Positions 57,155-58,884 of a stretch of 58,884 nucleotides of DNA are shown piece by piece (position 1 is the first letter of the stretch; each line of letters opens with the position of its first letter). A program made the position numbers and the translations under genes. Where the stretch lies: positions 1 through 58,884 of the forward strand of contig NZ_JBJEHY010000036.1 of assembly GCF_051876515.1 (NCBI RefSeq), in the 5' to 3' direction. The notes below the pieces were generated by a model. The model had not been told where the DNA came from. It worked only from the letters and a program-made list of their open reading frames with translations, and made no database searches. Origin of the DNA: Nocardioides sp. GTDB lineage: Bacteria > Actinomycetota > Actinomycetes > Propionibacteriales > Nocardioidaceae.

Positions 57155-57796
57155 ATGTTCGCCCGCGCCTCGTCCTCCCTGCCCACCGCCGACCAGGCCC
57201 TGCCGGGACGCTCCGAACGCCCCTGGCAGCTGCGCGAGCACGTCGTGCTCAAGACCCCCGTCGTCACCGACGAGGTGCCCGAGGGGCTCGAGGTGGCCGT
57301 GCTGGGCCTGGGCTGCTTCTGGGGGGCCGAGGAGACGTACTGGCAGCTGCCGGGCGTGTGGTCCACCTCGGTCGGGTACGCGGGCGGCCACACCCCCCAC
57401 CCCACGTACGAGGAGGTGTGCACCGGCCGGACCGGGCACACCGAGGCGGTGCGGGTGGTCTTCGACCCCACGGTCGTGTCGTACGCCGACCTGGTGAAGC
57501 GCTTCTTCGAGATCCACGACCCGACCCAGGGCATGCGTCAGGGCAACGACATCGGCACCCAGTACCGCTCCGCGATCTACCCCACCACGCCCGAGCAGGA
57601 CGCCACCGCGCGCGAGCTGACCCGCACGTACGAGGCCGAGCTGGTCCGCCAGGGCATCGGCAAGGTGACCACCGAGATCCGGCCGGCCTCCGAGGCCGGC
57701 TACTACTACGCCGAGGACCCCCACCAGCAGTACCTCGCCAAGAACCCGTTCGGCTACCGCTGCCACGCCGACACCGGGGTGAAGTTCCCCGGCTGA
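57155..57796 (+). CDS. msrA: Peptide methionine sulfoxide reductase A
   Basis: GCFWG, GYAGG, TGHTE, HDPTQ, QYRS, AEDPHQQY. Confidence 0.95.
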   Translation: MFARASSSLPTADQALPGRSERPWQLREHVVLKTPVVTDEVPEGLEVAVLGLGCFWGAEETYWQLPGVWSTSVGYAGGHTPHPTYEEVCTGRTGHTEAVRVVFDPTVVSYADLVKRFFEIHDPTQGMRQGNDIGTQYRSAIYPTTPEQDATARELTRTYEAELVRQGIGKVTTEIRPASEAGYYYAEDPHQQYLAKNPFGYRCHADTGVKFPG

Positions 57797-57879
57797 GCCT
57801 TTGCGGTGGATCCGCGTCACCAGGTGGCTCGGATCCACCGCGGACCCGCGTCCGGCCCCCCAGGCGTCCACCGGAGTGG

Positions 57880-58680
57880 CCTGATGCGCTCGTTCTCCAC
57901 GACCTGCGTCGCCTCGTACGCCGCCGGGACCTGCGACGACTGCACCCGGGGGTCTACCTCAACCACACCGGGGAGCCGAGCTGGCTGCAGCGGGCATGGA
58001 CAGGGGTGCTCTACGCGGCCCCCGCCGTTCTGGACGGCGCCTCCGCCGTGCGGGCAGTCTCCGGTCCCGGCCGATCCTCGTCGGAGGAGGCGACGATCCA
58101 CGTCGCCGTCGACCGCGACCGTCATCTGACAGCACCGACGGGGGTTCGCCTGCACCGGGTCGCACGGCTGGACGACCTCGCGCAGTGGCACACCAGCCCT
58201 CCGCGCGACCGCCATCTCCGAGGCGGTGCAGGGTCGCATCACGACCGCGCCCCGCCTCCAGCAGGCGCTCCACGAGCGTCCACGGCTGCCGCAGCGGGCC
58301 CGTCTCGCGGCGATCCTCGACGACGTGGCCACAGGGGCGTGCTCCACGCTCGAGGTCGGGTTCCTCCGGGACGTCGAGCGGGCCCACGGTCTGCCCCGGG
58401 CCCGACGTCAGGTACGGGCCTCGGCGTACGGGCCGATCTTTCGCGACGTCGTGTACCTCTCCTACGGACTGGTCGTGGAGCTCGACGGACGCCTCTTCCA
58501 CGACTCGGCCAAGGCCCGCCACGCCGACCTGACGCGTGGCCTCGTGGCCGCAGCCTCGGGGCTCCGCACCGTCCGCCTCGGATGGGGCCAGGTGTTCGTC
58601 GAGCCGTGCCGGACGGCCGCCCTGCTCGCCCAGCTCCTCCACGCCGCCGGCGCCGACCCCTTCGCCCGTGAGTCAGACTG
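57880..58680 (+). pseudogene. Degenerate AbiEi-like/DUF559 (REase-fold) gene
   Basis: Frame 1 RRLHPGVY...HVAV...RLHR...WHTSPPR, frameshift near 58207, frame 2 ...CSTLEVGF...GLP...VVELDGRLFH...TVRLGW; no clear start or own stop. Confidence 0.7.
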
Positions 58681-58685
58681 GCCGC

Positions 58686-58884
58686 ATGAACGACCTCCCC
58701 CGCAAGGCCGTGACGCGCACGGCCCGTCTGGCCGCGCTGCCGCTGGGGTACGCGGGCCGTACGGCGCTGGGGCTCGGCAAGAGGCTGGGCGGCAAGCCGG
58801 CCGAGGTCGTGCTCAGCGAGGTGCAGCAGCGCACCGCCGAGCAGCTCTTCCGCACCCTCGGTGAGCTCAAGGGTGGCGCCATGA
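58686..58884 (+). CDS. AarF/ABC1/UbiB kinase, N-terminal part (runs off window)
   Basis: Manual translation: MNDLPRKAVTRTARLAALPLG...QQRTAEQLFRTLGELKGGAM. Confidence 0.85.
   Translation, partial: MNDLPRKAVTRTARLAALPLGYAGRTALGLGKRLGGKPAEVVLSEVQQRTAEQLFRTLGELKGGAM

Overview
High-GC (Nocardioides-like) actinobacterial chromosome segment, mostly core metabolism. The right half follows the mycobacterial metB-greA-mca-hemolysin III-isoprenyl transferase-phoH2 neighbourhood. About 57 CDS: partial cstA, class I and class II fumarases, efeUOB with a DtxR/IdeR box, a DUF429-RelA/SpoT fusion (RelZ-like), acyl-CoA catabolism genes, icmF, two convergent FadR regulators, two CNNM/CorC paralogues, a membrane-DUF4185-like fusion, an orphan glmL, msrA and a decayed AbiEi/DUF559-like gene. 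I saw no rRNA, tRNA, CRISPR array or intact transposase. The best candidate for an undescribed system is an rtcB-HNH nuclease operon. Its leader has a WhiB7/WblC-like promoter, an unannotated 30-aa uORF, an antiterminator and a terminator, which together look like ribosome-mediated attenuation. The second candidate is a B12 photoreceptor (CarH/LitR) locus whose 11-bp direct-repeat operator overlaps the promoter of a ufa/cfa-like lipid-modification operon rather than carotenoid genes. All family assignments come from recognising motifs by eye; no searches or folding programs were run.
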